From Candidatus Bathyarchaeia archaeon (GTDB taxonomy: Archaea > Thermoproteota > Bathyarchaeia > Bathyarchaeales > Bathycorpusculaceae), in assembly GCA_049969855.1 (NCBI GenBank), contig JBMFOB010000020.1:1-20100 (forward strand): DNA of 20,100 nucleotides, in the 5' to 3' direction. This document shows positions 8,580 through 16,634 of this stretch, piece by piece (positions within the stretch are counted from its first letter, which is position 1; each line of letters starts with the position of its first letter). The notes below the pieces were generated by a model. That model saw only the letters and a list, made by a program, of their open reading frames with translations, did not search any database and had not been told where the DNA came from. The translations under genes were made by a program, and so were the position numbers.

Positions 8580-9613
8580 GATTCCTGGACTCTTCTGCTT
8601 TTGATTTTTCTCCATAATGCTTGGGTTCCAATTATTATTAATGGATATGCTATAATCCACGTTATTGAATACAATGCACCATAATAATTATGAAACTGGG
8701 TAACTTGAGGAGAATCCATACCACCATAGTTTACTCCTAATATGAAAATTGTAACTATTCTCATAATGTTGATGAAATAAGTGACTATTGCGCCGATTAT
8801 GAAGTAAATTGTCCTTTGCCTCCAAGAAATACCGCTGTTCTTCAAAAACAGAAGAAGTGTAACAGAATATAGTAAGAGGCTGTCAATGCCAGAGCATGAC
8901 CAAGCTATTCCAGCTTCAGCCTCGCCTTTCTGGTTCCAAACCCTTAAGACGGGTGTTCCAGCGAGTTGTCCTATCCATTCGGTTTGGTAGCCCATTAAAT
9001 TGAGAACACTTGCTGCGAATGTGGCTGTTGTTGGAACAAGTATCTGGAATGGTGTGAAGCTTCCGTAAGGGTATATGCTGTCAACCGTGTATATTGAACC
9101 AATAATTCCTAAGAAAATTACTGAAATTGAGTGGGTCATTAAGCCTTGAAGTCCATGTGCAAGTAAAATTGTTAAGGCAAAAACTATTGTGAAAATTAAA
9201 TATTCCATTGACAGTGGTATTTCATTTGCGCGGGGAACATTGTTTTTTATGGCTAATTCCATGATTGTATCGTTTAGTCCATAGTAATTGGCGGCGACAA
9301 CGTATGTTGTAGGGAGTAATAGAAAAATAATAAACGCCATGGTTCTTATGGACTTCAGTTTTTTCAATTTGTTTACTTGGATTTTTTCCCAACTTAATAT
9401 GACCTCTAAGAAAATTAGCCATATAAAGAAAAGGTAGTAGGTTCTGCCTTTCCATGTCGCTTCATATGATTCTGGATAAAGTGAATATAGTATGAGAAAG
9501 GGTATGATGAATGCGAGGATGGATAAGATATTTATTAAAAGGCTGGTATTTTTCTTGATTGTTTGTGCAGCATTTAGGATTTTGGTTTTAATCGTTTGTA
9601 TCATGTTTGGCAT
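8576..9613 (-). CDS. Exosortase/archaeosortase family intramembrane transpeptidase (thaumarchaeosortase-like)
   Basis: Multi-pass membrane protein with the catalytic-triad pattern Cys (IAWSCSGIDS), Arg (INIMRIVTI) and His (QFHNYYG). The N-terminal PESYxxTWKGRxxYLF segment resembles thaumarchaeal archaeosortases. Confidence 0.85.
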   Translation of the reverse strand: MPNMIQTIKTKILNAAQTIKKNTSLLINILSILAFIIPFLILYSLYPESYEATWKGRTYYLFFIWLIFLEVILSWEKIQVNKLKKLKSIRTMAFIIFLLLPTTYVVAANYYGLNDTIMELAIKNNVPRANEIPLSMEYLIFTIVFALTILLAHGLQGLMTHSISVIFLGIIGSIYTVDSIYPYGSFTPFQILVPTTATFAASVLNLMGYQTEWIGQLAGTPVLRVWNQKGEAEAGIAWSCSGIDSLLLYSVTLLLFLKNSGISWRQRTIYFIIGAIVTYFINIMRIVTIFILGVNYGGMDSPQVTQFHNYYGALYSITWIIAYPLIIIGTQALWRKIKSRRVQES

Positions 9614-9698
9614 TTAATCATTTCCATGCGTGTAGTTTGCATTATAATCGTCCAACAAAGATTTAAGCTGTGACATCGCTTAAGTGTTTTGAGAGATG

Positions 9699-9712
9699 CG
9701 AAAAAGTATAAG
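9699..9712 (+). promoter_or_regulatory. Putative BRE/TATA (CGAAAAAGTATAAG) for the rpl44e operon
   Basis: Purine-rich BRE-like run followed by TATAA, about 40 nt upstream of the likely TTG start at 9754, in the divergent intergenic region. Confidence 0.45.
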
Positions 9713-9753
9713 TGCGTGTATGTTGTTTGTATGCAAAGCTGGTCGTGTCTGAA

Positions 9754-10029
9754 TTGAATGTGCCAAAGGAAATTAGAACTTACTGTCCCAAATGTAAAGC
9801 CCATCAACTTCATGCGGTTACTCTTTACAAGGCTGGAAAGCGTAGGGCTTTGGCTAAGGGTGAGCGTCATCACGAGCGGGAGAAGAAGGGTTATGGTGGG
9901 CAGAAGTATCCTCTTCAGAGGGAATTTGCAAAGACCACGAAGAAGCAAACTTTGAAGTTGAAGTGTAAGGTTTGTGGTTACACGAGACATAAAGACGGTA
10001 TACGTTTAAGAAAATTGGCTATTGAATAA
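9754..10029 (+). CDS. rpl44e: 50S ribosomal protein L44e (eL42)
   Basis: VPKEIRTYCPKCKAH, GYGGQKYP, AKTTKK..LKLKCKVCG. The start is placed at TTG 9754 (MNVPKE...) by family N-terminus, rather than at GTG 9712. Confidence 0.96.
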   Translation: MNVPKEIRTYCPKCKAHQLHAVTLYKAGKRRALAKGERHHEREKKGYGGQKYPLQREFAKTTKKQTLKLKCKVCGYTRHKDGIRLRKLAIE

Positions 10030-10044
10030 AACGGGGTGGATATT

Positions 10045-10242
10045 ATGGCTGAATGGGAAAAGCTTATTCCAAAACCGAGAAGCAGTTTTATCAGAGTGAA
10101 ATGCCTGAAATGTGGCAACGAACAGCTAGTCTACAGTCACGCCGTAAACAGAGTTAATTGTAACGTTTGTGGCGCAGAGTTGGCTGAGCCTTCTGGTGGG
10201 AAAGCAAAAATTAAGGGTGAAGTTGTCGCTGTTTTCGAGTAG
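10045..10242 (+). CDS. rps27e: 30S ribosomal protein S27e
   Basis: PKPRSSFIRVKCLKCGNEQLVYSHA...VNCNVCGAELAEPSGGKAKI zinc ribbon. GGGGTGGA SD precedes ATG 10045. Confidence 0.96.
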   Translation: MAEWEKLIPKPRSSFIRVKCLKCGNEQLVYSHAVNRVNCNVCGAELAEPSGGKAKIKGEVVAVFE

Positions 10243-10251
10243 GGATATGGA

Positions 10252-11040
10252 ATGGCGTTTAAAAAACCTGAGTGGCCTGAAGTTGGCGATTTGGTGATAG
10301 CCACTGTGCAGTCTGTTGCTGATTATGGCGCTTATGTAAATCTGGATGAATATGATAAGAAGGGCTTGCTTCATGTTTCTGAAGTGTCCTCTTCTTGGAT
10401 TCGGAACATCCGTGATTTTGTTCGTGAAGGACAAAAAGTGGTTTTGAAAGTTTTACGTGTGGATGTGGAAAAGGGGCACATAGATTTGTCTCTTAGAAGG
10501 GTTACAAAACGAGAGAAAATCGAGAAAATTATGTCTTGGAAAAGGGAGAGGAAGGCTGAAACCTTACTTCGTAATGTTGCTGAAAAGGCTGGTGTATCAT
10601 TAGAAGAGGTTTATGAAAAAGCCTGGGCTCTCATGGAAAAGGAGTATGGGTTGTATGAAGGCTTCGAAAAGGTTGTTAAAGAAGGTGTTGGGGCTCTAAC
10701 AAAAATAGGGGTGCCAGAAGAACTTGCAACAGTTATTGCTGAAATTGCCAAAGAAAGAATGCGTGTGCCCATGGTTAAGGTGAAGGGTTCAGTTGAGCTG
10801 CGTTGTATGAAGCCGAATGGAGTTAACATTATCAAAGAAGCCTTCATGAATGCAAAAAAGGCTGAAAAGTCGCGCGATGCAAAAGTTCGTTTCTATGTAG
10901 TTGCTGCTCCAAAATATTGCATTGAAGTCATGGCTGAAAATTATAAGCGTGCAGAAGCGGTTTTGCAGAAGGTTGCCGAAAGTGTTGTGGCAAATGTTGT
11001 CAAGGCTGGCGGACAAGGAGTTTTTAGAAGGGAAAAATGA
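10252..11040 (+). CDS. eif2a: Translation initiation factor aIF-2 alpha subunit
   Basis: WPEVGDLVIATV...YGAYVNLDEY...GLLHVSEVSSSWIRNIRD (S1 domain), KGHIDLSLRRV, C-terminal APKY. Confidence 0.96.
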   Translation: MAFKKPEWPEVGDLVIATVQSVADYGAYVNLDEYDKKGLLHVSEVSSSWIRNIRDFVREGQKVVLKVLRVDVEKGHIDLSLRRVTKREKIEKIMSWKRERKAETLLRNVAEKAGVSLEEVYEKAWALMEKEYGLYEGFEKVVKEGVGALTKIGVPEELATVIAEIAKERMRVPMVKVKGSVELRCMKPNGVNIIKEAFMNAKKAEKSRDAKVRFYVVAAPKYCIEVMAENYKRAEAVLQKVAESVVANVVKAGGQGVFRREK

Positions 11041-11243
11041 TGGTTTGGCTTTTGAGGAAGTGTGAAAAATGTGGAAAATATACATTGAACAAAGATGCAT
11101 GCCCTTACTGTGGTGGAAAGGTTCAAGTGCCTCATCCACCGAAATTTTCGCCTGACGATAAATATCTCATGTATAGAATGGCTTTAAAGATGAGGGAAAA
11201 ATCGGTTGAAGGAGACATTCATCAAGGAACTTGTGAAAGTTGA
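11037..11243 (+). CDS. nop10: H/ACA RNA-protein complex component Nop10
   Basis: LRKCEKCGKYTL...CPYCGG....PHPPKFSPDDKY..YR. ATGA overlap with aIF-2alpha, in the conserved position. Confidence 0.93.
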   Translation: MMVWLLRKCEKCGKYTLNKDACPYCGGKVQVPHPPKFSPDDKYLMYRMALKMREKSVEGDIHQGTCES

Positions 11244-11979
11244 TTTAAACAATCCAATTCTTATTGAGGGGCTTCCAGGCTTGGGGCTTGTTGGCAAAAT
11301 TGCCACGCGTTATCTTGTTAAAAAGTTAAAGGCTGAAAAGTTCGCCTATCTCTATTCTCCGCATTTTCCATATTTTGTGCTTGTCAATAAAAAGGGAAGC
11401 GTTAGGCTTTTGCGTGGGAGTTTTTATTTCTGGAAAAACAAAAATGGCAAAAATGATGTTATCTTCTTTACGGGCGACAGTCAAGCACAAACAATTGAGG
11501 GGCAATATGAAATTTCTGACCGCATATTAGATTTCGCCAAGAAATGCAACGTAAAATTAATTATTACCATAGGTGGCTACAGAATGGAGGCAAAGGAAAA
11601 GCCGAAAGTTGTAGCAGCAGCCACAAATGTTGAGCTATTAGGCACTGCCTTAAAAGCTGGAGCCATTGTAAGTCCCATGGGAAGCCCCATTGTTGGCACG
11701 GCTGGCTTAATCTTGGGATTGGCTCGTTTCAAAAAGATAGATGCTCTTTGTCTTTTAGGCGAGACTCGTGGTTACCTTCCTGACCCGAAAGCCGCTAAAA
11801 GTGTTTTGGAAGTATTAAGAGCATTGTTGGGTATGGATGTGGATTTAGCTGGTTTAGATGAAGAGATTTCTAAGGCAGAAAAGATGGTTGCACGGTTGCA
11901 GAAAATTGAGGAAAAGAGAGCTTTACAAACTGAGGAATTGAAGAAGGAAGAAGATAAGAAAATCACTTATATTTCGTAA
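11206..11979 (+). CDS. PAC2 family proteasome assembly chaperone-like protein
   Basis: NPILIEGLPGLGLVGKIA, YSPHFP, GDSQAQ, TIGGY, IVGTAGLILG, CLLGETRGYLPDPKAAK, C-terminal YI. Conserved position after nop10. TTG start. Confidence 0.9.
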   Translation: MKETFIKELVKVDLNNPILIEGLPGLGLVGKIATRYLVKKLKAEKFAYLYSPHFPYFVLVNKKGSVRLLRGSFYFWKNKNGKNDVIFFTGDSQAQTIEGQYEISDRILDFAKKCNVKLIITIGGYRMEAKEKPKVVAAATNVELLGTALKAGAIVSPMGSPIVGTAGLILGLARFKKIDALCLLGETRGYLPDPKAAKSVLEVLRALLGMDVDLAGLDEEISKAEKMVARLQKIEEKRALQTEELKKEEDKKITYIS

Positions 11980-11984
11980 AAGCA

Positions 11985-13085
11985 TTAAAAGGCTAACTCT
12001 TCCTTAATTATTCCAGCAATCCTTTCAGCCGCTTTTCCATCTCCATAAGGCGATTTATCTGGCAATTCTTTTCGATTGCTCAACATTCGATTGATGGCGT
12101 TTATTACATCATATTTTTCAACGCCTACAACTTCTGCAAAACCAGCTTCCACGGCTTCCGGTCTTTCGGTGGATAGGCGAGTAACTAAAACGGGCTTTCT
12201 GATGCATGGCGCTGTTGCCTCTTCTTGTATGCCGCCTGAATCAGTTAATATAAGCTCGCATTTTTTCATTAAAACCAGAAAATCTAAATAGCCTATGGGT
12301 GGCAAAATTTGCACGTTTCTGGAATTTTTGATTTTTGCATAAAATTTGTTCTGTCGAGCACGTTTTTTAGTGCGTGGGTGCATTGGATTAACGATTGGTA
12401 ACGGGGCTTCTGCGAAGGCTTCCATGAAATTTTTAAGAACTGAGAAGTCGTCCACGTTTTCCGCTCTATGGGCTGTGGCTAAAATGAACTTTTCAAAATG
12501 AATAGAATCTAAAATTTTTGATTTCCTTTGTGCTATTGATAGGTGCTGGATTACGGCGTCTATGACGGTATTTCCTGTTACATAGATTTTTCCCCAAACA
12601 TTTTCCTTTCTCAAGTTTTTTTCTGCCGTCGTGGTGGGTGCAAATAAATAAGCGGATATATGGTCTGTTAGGCGTCTGTTATGTTCCTCTGGCATTCGCA
12701 AATCAAAACTCCTTAATCCAGCTTCAACATGCCCCACGCATATTCCAAGCTTAACTGCTGCCAAAGCCGTCGCTAAAACTCCGTTCGTATCTCCCTCCAC
12801 CAAAACAAGAGATGGTGTAATCTTCTTAAATAGGCGTTCCATACGGGTTATTATAGCGGCAGTTTGTAATCCTTGGGAGTAAGCTTTAACCTTGTATTCA
12901 TAGTCAGGCGTTGGAAGTTCAAGTTCTTCCATAAATTGTTGAGACATGTTGTAACTGTAGTGTTGACCGCAATGAACAAAAGTTAGCGGAATCCCCGTTT
13001 TTTGAAGGGCTCTGACTATGGGTGCCATTTTTATGATTTCTGGGCGTGTACCCACAACAACCGTCACTGTTTTCATCAACTTCAC
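11985..13085 (-). CDS. wecB: UDP-N-acetylglucosamine 2-epimerase (non-hydrolysing)
   Basis: VGTRPEIIKMAP, GQHY, VEGDTN, HVEAGLRSFD..MPEEHNR, VTGNTVIDA, TAHRAENVD, TDSGGIQEEA, TERPE, PYGDG.AA. The start is GTG 13085 or ATG 13076. Confidence 0.95.
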   Translation of the reverse strand: MKLMKTVTVVVGTRPEIIKMAPIVRALQKTGIPLTFVHCGQHYSYNMSQQFMEELELPTPDYEYKVKAYSQGLQTAAIITRMERLFKKITPSLVLVEGDTNGVLATALAAVKLGICVGHVEAGLRSFDLRMPEEHNRRLTDHISAYLFAPTTTAEKNLRKENVWGKIYVTGNTVIDAVIQHLSIAQRKSKILDSIHFEKFILATAHRAENVDDFSVLKNFMEAFAEAPLPIVNPMHPRTKKRARQNKFYAKIKNSRNVQILPPIGYLDFLVLMKKCELILTDSGGIQEEATAPCIRKPVLVTRLSTERPEAVEAGFAEVVGVEKYDVINAINRMLSNRKELPDKSPYGDGKAAERIAGIIKEELAF

Positions 13086-13302
13086 GGTTGCTCATTAATG
13101 CCATAAACGAGTTTTAAAGTTTATTCAAAACCCACAACTGACCGTTAAAACTTAATTCTAATATTTTCAGAAAGTTCTAAGTTCTAATTAACGCTTTGAA
13201 TAATAATCGTTAGGTTGCGTTAGTTTTTGCGACATACAAAGCGTCTTACTTTTCTTTTTCAATTAATGTTGTAAATAAAAACGAAAATTGGTGATAAAAT
13301 CT

Positions 13303-13878
13303 ATGCGACTGTTAAAGAACGAAAAAGGATTAAGCGTAGTGGTTACCACACTGATAATACTAGTTGTCTCTGTTCTATTGGCAACGGTTGTGACATTTTA
13401 TGCCATAAACGTTACAACAACACGGGTTCAGGAAGAATCGCTGCACCTCACTAAACAACACATATGGTATAACACGACTGAAGGGTGGGCTGAGGCTGCA
13501 TTAGTTATTCTGAACACTGGCGGAAGAGACGTGGTTCTTGATAAAATTTCAGTTAGAGGACAAGAATGTCCATGGTCGAACGTTTATTATTGGAGAACAA
13601 GCACTGTGACAATTTCAGCTGATTTAAACGTGACGCAAGATAAAATTACCAGCATGACTGAGGCAATGTGGAGAACCATATTCACATATCTTCCATCCGG
13701 AGAATCTTTTCAGCCAGCGACCACAGATTTAACATTGAGGTCTGGTTGGTCTATCGTCATATACATAATGAATCCAGACAGCATTGCATTGAATGATGTG
13801 GGGCTACCAGTAGGTATTACAGTGTTCACTTCGAATGCTCAGTATTACGTGGAGACTAACATCGCAGCAGCGCAGTAG
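13303..13878 (+). CDS. Archaeal type IV pilin / archaellin-like protein with class III signal peptide
   Basis: GGTGA SD at 13290-13294 precedes ATG 13303. MRLLKNEKG|LSVVVTTLIILVVSVLLATVVTFYA is a basic leader, KG cleavage site and hydrophobic helix. It is followed by NTGG.D and a beta-rich body with three N-x-T sequons. Confidence 0.8.
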   Translation: MRLLKNEKGLSVVVTTLIILVVSVLLATVVTFYAINVTTTRVQEESLHLTKQHIWYNTTEGWAEAALVILNTGGRDVVLDKISVRGQECPWSNVYYWRTSTVTISADLNVTQDKITSMTEAMWRTIFTYLPSGESFQPATTDLTLRSGWSIVIYIMNPDSIALNDVGLPVGITVFTSNAQYYVETNIAAAQ

Positions 13879-13884
13879 GCAACA

Positions 13885-13895
13885 TTCCTTTTTCT
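13885..13895 (+). terminator. Putative archaeal T-rich terminator of the pilin gene
   Basis: TTCCTTTTTCT 6 nt after the stop, in the 32-nt gap between the convergent pilin and mcm genes. Confidence 0.4.
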
Positions 13896-13910
13896 ATCAA
13901 ATCTACAATT

Positions 13911-15947
13911 TTAGGTCTTCTTTAGGTAGCCTTCTCTGGGTTCGTAGATTGTTCCTTCACGTAGTAATTGTCCTAAGAGGCGTTCTGCTTCGTTCCTCAA
14001 AATTTTATATTTTGTTTCTAATTCATTTAATAGCGCTGTTTTTTCCACTATTCCGGTTTCTTTTTCCATTTCAAGCATTGTTGAAAGAACCGTTTGAAGC
14101 TTGTCTCTTACGCTTTTTGGTTTTCCCGTCATTATTAGGTCGATGTCATACTTGTAAGAGGACAAATCTATGCCAACTTCTTCAAGGGACCTTTTCATGA
14201 TGTTGATTGCTGCCTCTGCATCTTCGGCTAAAACTTCTTTTCTTAGGGCTGCTCTGGCTCTTGCTTCAGCTATACGTACAAGAGATTCAAGTTGACGTGC
14301 TGTTATCGCCACAGGGGAGCCTTCTGTTTCGCTTACGGAGCGCATGGCTAAGTAGAAGTCATTTAGGCGTTTCAGCGCTTCTTGGGTTAAAACGGGCTTG
14401 ATTCCCTTTGCATAGCTCACATATTTTCGTAACAACTCTAAGGGTATTGGTGGTTCTACAGGAGTTACGCCTTTTCTGTGAATTTCAAGGATGTGCTCTG
14501 ACATTTTGCCGTCTGTTTCTTTGTCTGGCACATCCCTTAGAACGAAGATTAAGTCAAATCTTGAAAGTATTGTTACTGGTAAGGAGATGTTTTCGGCAAC
14601 TGTGCGGTGAGGCTCATATCTTCCCAAGGCTGGGTTAGCAGCTGCAAGTATGGCTGTTCTTGCGTTTAGAGTTGCCACTATTCCTCCTTTTGCAACGGAA
14701 ACTGTGTGCTGTTCCATGGCTTCGTGGATTGCAACCCTATCTTCTGGGCGCATCTTGTCAATTTCGTCTATGCAAGCTACTCCTTTATCGGCTAACACTA
14801 GGGCGCCAGCTTCGAGGCTCATTCCACCGCCTCTTTCGCGGATAACGGCTGCTGTTAAGCCAGCTGCTGTTGTGCCGCGTCCAGAAGTGTAAAGTCCGCG
14901 TGGTGCGATTCTGGCTACGTATTGAAGTAGCTGGGATTTTGCTGTTCCGGGGTCTCCTATCAAAAGGGCGTTCATTTCTCCTCTAATTGTTATGTCTGGG
15001 AGGGTTTTGGGGACACCTCCGAAGAGAAGGTACATTATTGCCTCTTTTATGTGGTCGTATCCATAGATTGATGGTGCTATTGAGTTGATTATTTTGCGGT
15101 GTATCCATGGGTCTTTTGCCAGTTCAAGGATTTTCTCTTCTTCTTCTGGTGATGGAAGGGCTATTTCTGGTTCTTTTCCCAAAACCTCAATCGAGTTGGC
15201 ATCTAAGTGCAAGATGAAAGTGCGGAGTTTTCCAACCCTTGGAAGCGTAGACGATACAGCGCGAACTATTCCAACCACGGAAACGTGGTCGCCTGGTCTT
15301 GCCACATCAACTATTTCTCCTCCAACAAGTTTAACGTGTAATGTTCTTGGTAACTGTCCAGGTGGCAAATCTTCTGGTCTTTCTTGTAAGCGTAGGTCTT
15401 GGGAGTCTATGAAGGTGGATTCTTCTTGGATGAAATCAAAGGGTCCTTTTGCTCTGCAAGATGGGTTGGCGCAGGCGAAGGGTGCTTTAAGAAATTGTCC
15501 TGTTTGGTTTACTGGGGTTATTTCGCCGCATCTTTTGCATTTGAATGCTGCTTGCATGACCATGGGGCGGACTGGTGTTGAGCGGACAACTATGCCTTCC
15601 ACCATTACAAGTTTTCCTATGTGGACTGAGCCTAATTTTCGCAGTTGTGTGGCTTCCCAAAGCCTAACGACTCTTACGTTTACCGTGTCTATTTTTTCTG
15701 CATATTCTGGGTCTTCGCTTTGAAGTTGTGCGTAAGCGGCATTGTTGGCGTGGTTTAGGAATTCGTCTGGTTTTTCCAAAAGTCCTTCGGCGAGTTTTTG
15801 TTCAAAAGCCCAAAGGTCTTCGAAATCAACTATTAACGATGTTTTTCCAGCTACAGCCATTTGCGAAATTCTTTGTCGATATTTTTCTGCTTTAAAAAAT
15901 TCTTGGAAACGTTCCTGCGGGTCTAAGGTTTCCAATTTCTCCGTCAT
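13911..15947 (-). CDS. mcm: Replicative helicase MCM (no intein)
   Basis: Zn finger CKRC..CANPSC, QERPEDLPPGQLPR, SIAPSIYG, Walker A GDPGTAKSQ, Walker B CIDEIDKM, AMEQ, AAANP, Arg finger SRFD, sensor-2 ITARQLESLVR, C-terminal winged helix. Confidence 0.98.
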   Translation of the reverse strand: MTEKLETLDPQERFQEFFKAEKYRQRISQMAVAGKTSLIVDFEDLWAFEQKLAEGLLEKPDEFLNHANNAAYAQLQSEDPEYAEKIDTVNVRVVRLWEATQLRKLGSVHIGKLVMVEGIVVRSTPVRPMVMQAAFKCKRCGEITPVNQTGQFLKAPFACANPSCRAKGPFDFIQEESTFIDSQDLRLQERPEDLPPGQLPRTLHVKLVGGEIVDVARPGDHVSVVGIVRAVSSTLPRVGKLRTFILHLDANSIEVLGKEPEIALPSPEEEEKILELAKDPWIHRKIINSIAPSIYGYDHIKEAIMYLLFGGVPKTLPDITIRGEMNALLIGDPGTAKSQLLQYVARIAPRGLYTSGRGTTAAGLTAAVIRERGGGMSLEAGALVLADKGVACIDEIDKMRPEDRVAIHEAMEQHTVSVAKGGIVATLNARTAILAAANPALGRYEPHRTVAENISLPVTILSRFDLIFVLRDVPDKETDGKMSEHILEIHRKGVTPVEPPIPLELLRKYVSYAKGIKPVLTQEALKRLNDFYLAMRSVSETEGSPVAITARQLESLVRIAEARARAALRKEVLAEDAEAAINIMKRSLEEVGIDLSSYKYDIDLIMTGKPKSVRDKLQTVLSTMLEMEKETGIVEKTALLNELETKYKILRNEAERLLGQLLREGTIYEPREGYLKKT

Positions 15948-16513
15948 TGTTCCACCTTCTCATAGCTCATTATTTGCGTTCTCCATTTTTGAATAATATT
16001 ATAAATTTGATCGTAAAGAAATCTCTCTTCAACTGTTAAATTTTTTAATGTTTGTTCAACTTGGGCTGGAGCCGAAGCAAGGGAAACTATTTTCTTCAAT
16101 CTTGCATTTAACACATCTTGCGTTAAATGTTTAATCTTTTCGTATTCCCACATTTTCTCAGGAACTTTAGAAGCTTCCTCCTTAAGCTCAGTAAGGTATC
16201 TGCGCAGTTTTGGATAGAAATTCTCCGGCAGCTTCGGTATTTGCCCAGCCGTTTGCACCCGTTCTGTCCACTGAATCTTGTAAAGTTTTGTGGCGTCTAA
16301 CCGTTCATCTTCCCTAAACCGTGCTATTCCAGCCTTAACAAGCTCTTGAGCTATCCAAAATTGGGCCTCATATTCGTTTCCTTCTTCAAAAGGACCAACA
16401 TTTAATCCAGCAAGCTTAATTTCGGGGCAATTTCTGTTGGCAATAATTTTTGTAGGCGTGTGTTCGAAAATGAAATCCAAATTTTTAATGTGCAACGCTA
16501 TTGTTTTTTGCAT
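15944..16513 (-). CDS. GINS complex subunit Gins23 (B-A domain order)
   Basis: N-terminal B domain (VGPFEEG..YE..FWIAQELVKAGIA), then A domain (KLPENFY, ARLKKIVSLA, NLTVEERFLY). ATGA overlap with mcm. The start is placed at ATG 16513 behind a purine-rich SD rather than at TTG 16573. Confidence 0.85.
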   Translation of the reverse strand: MQKTIALHIKNLDFIFEHTPTKIIANRNCPEIKLAGLNVGPFEEGNEYEAQFWIAQELVKAGIARFREDERLDATKLYKIQWTERVQTAGQIPKLPENFYPKLRRYLTELKEEASKVPEKMWEYEKIKHLTQDVLNARLKKIVSLASAPAQVEQTLKNLTVEERFLYDQIYNIIQKWRTQIMSYEKVEQ

Positions 16514-16634
16514 CCTTTCGCCCCTTTCTTCTTGAGACTCTAAACTTTCTAGCACGAGTAAATATAAAAGCAACAGTTTAAAAACTTAGATTAAAGAGTT
16601 TAAGAAAATGCGAAATGTTGGCACTAAAGTGTTG

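Noticed and set aside
8580-8660. N-terminal extension MDYSISINNNW... of ORF 8250..8660
   Set aside because: It overlaps the sortase 3' end. ATG 8579 with an ATGA overlap is the more plausible start.
9601-9990. 129-aa minus-strand ORF
   Set aside because: Antisense to rpl44e and its promoter, with no family features.
5911-13119. Identical 11-mer CTTTAAAACTC at 5911-5921 (+) and 13109-13119 (-) as possible terminal inverted repeats
   Set aside because: Both copies are centred on TTTAAA at TATA-box distance from a gene start and flank core housekeeping genes. There is no transposase or target-site duplication.
15085-15723. 212-aa + strand ORF, and other + strand ORFs over mcm
   Set aside because: Entirely antisense to the well-supported mcm gene, with no recognisable motifs. 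These are shadow ORFs.
16514-16573. N-terminal extension of Gins23 from TTG 16573
   Set aside because: It spans a TATA-like element (TTTTATAT on the minus strand, ~16562-16569) and the SD. ATG 16513 is preferred.
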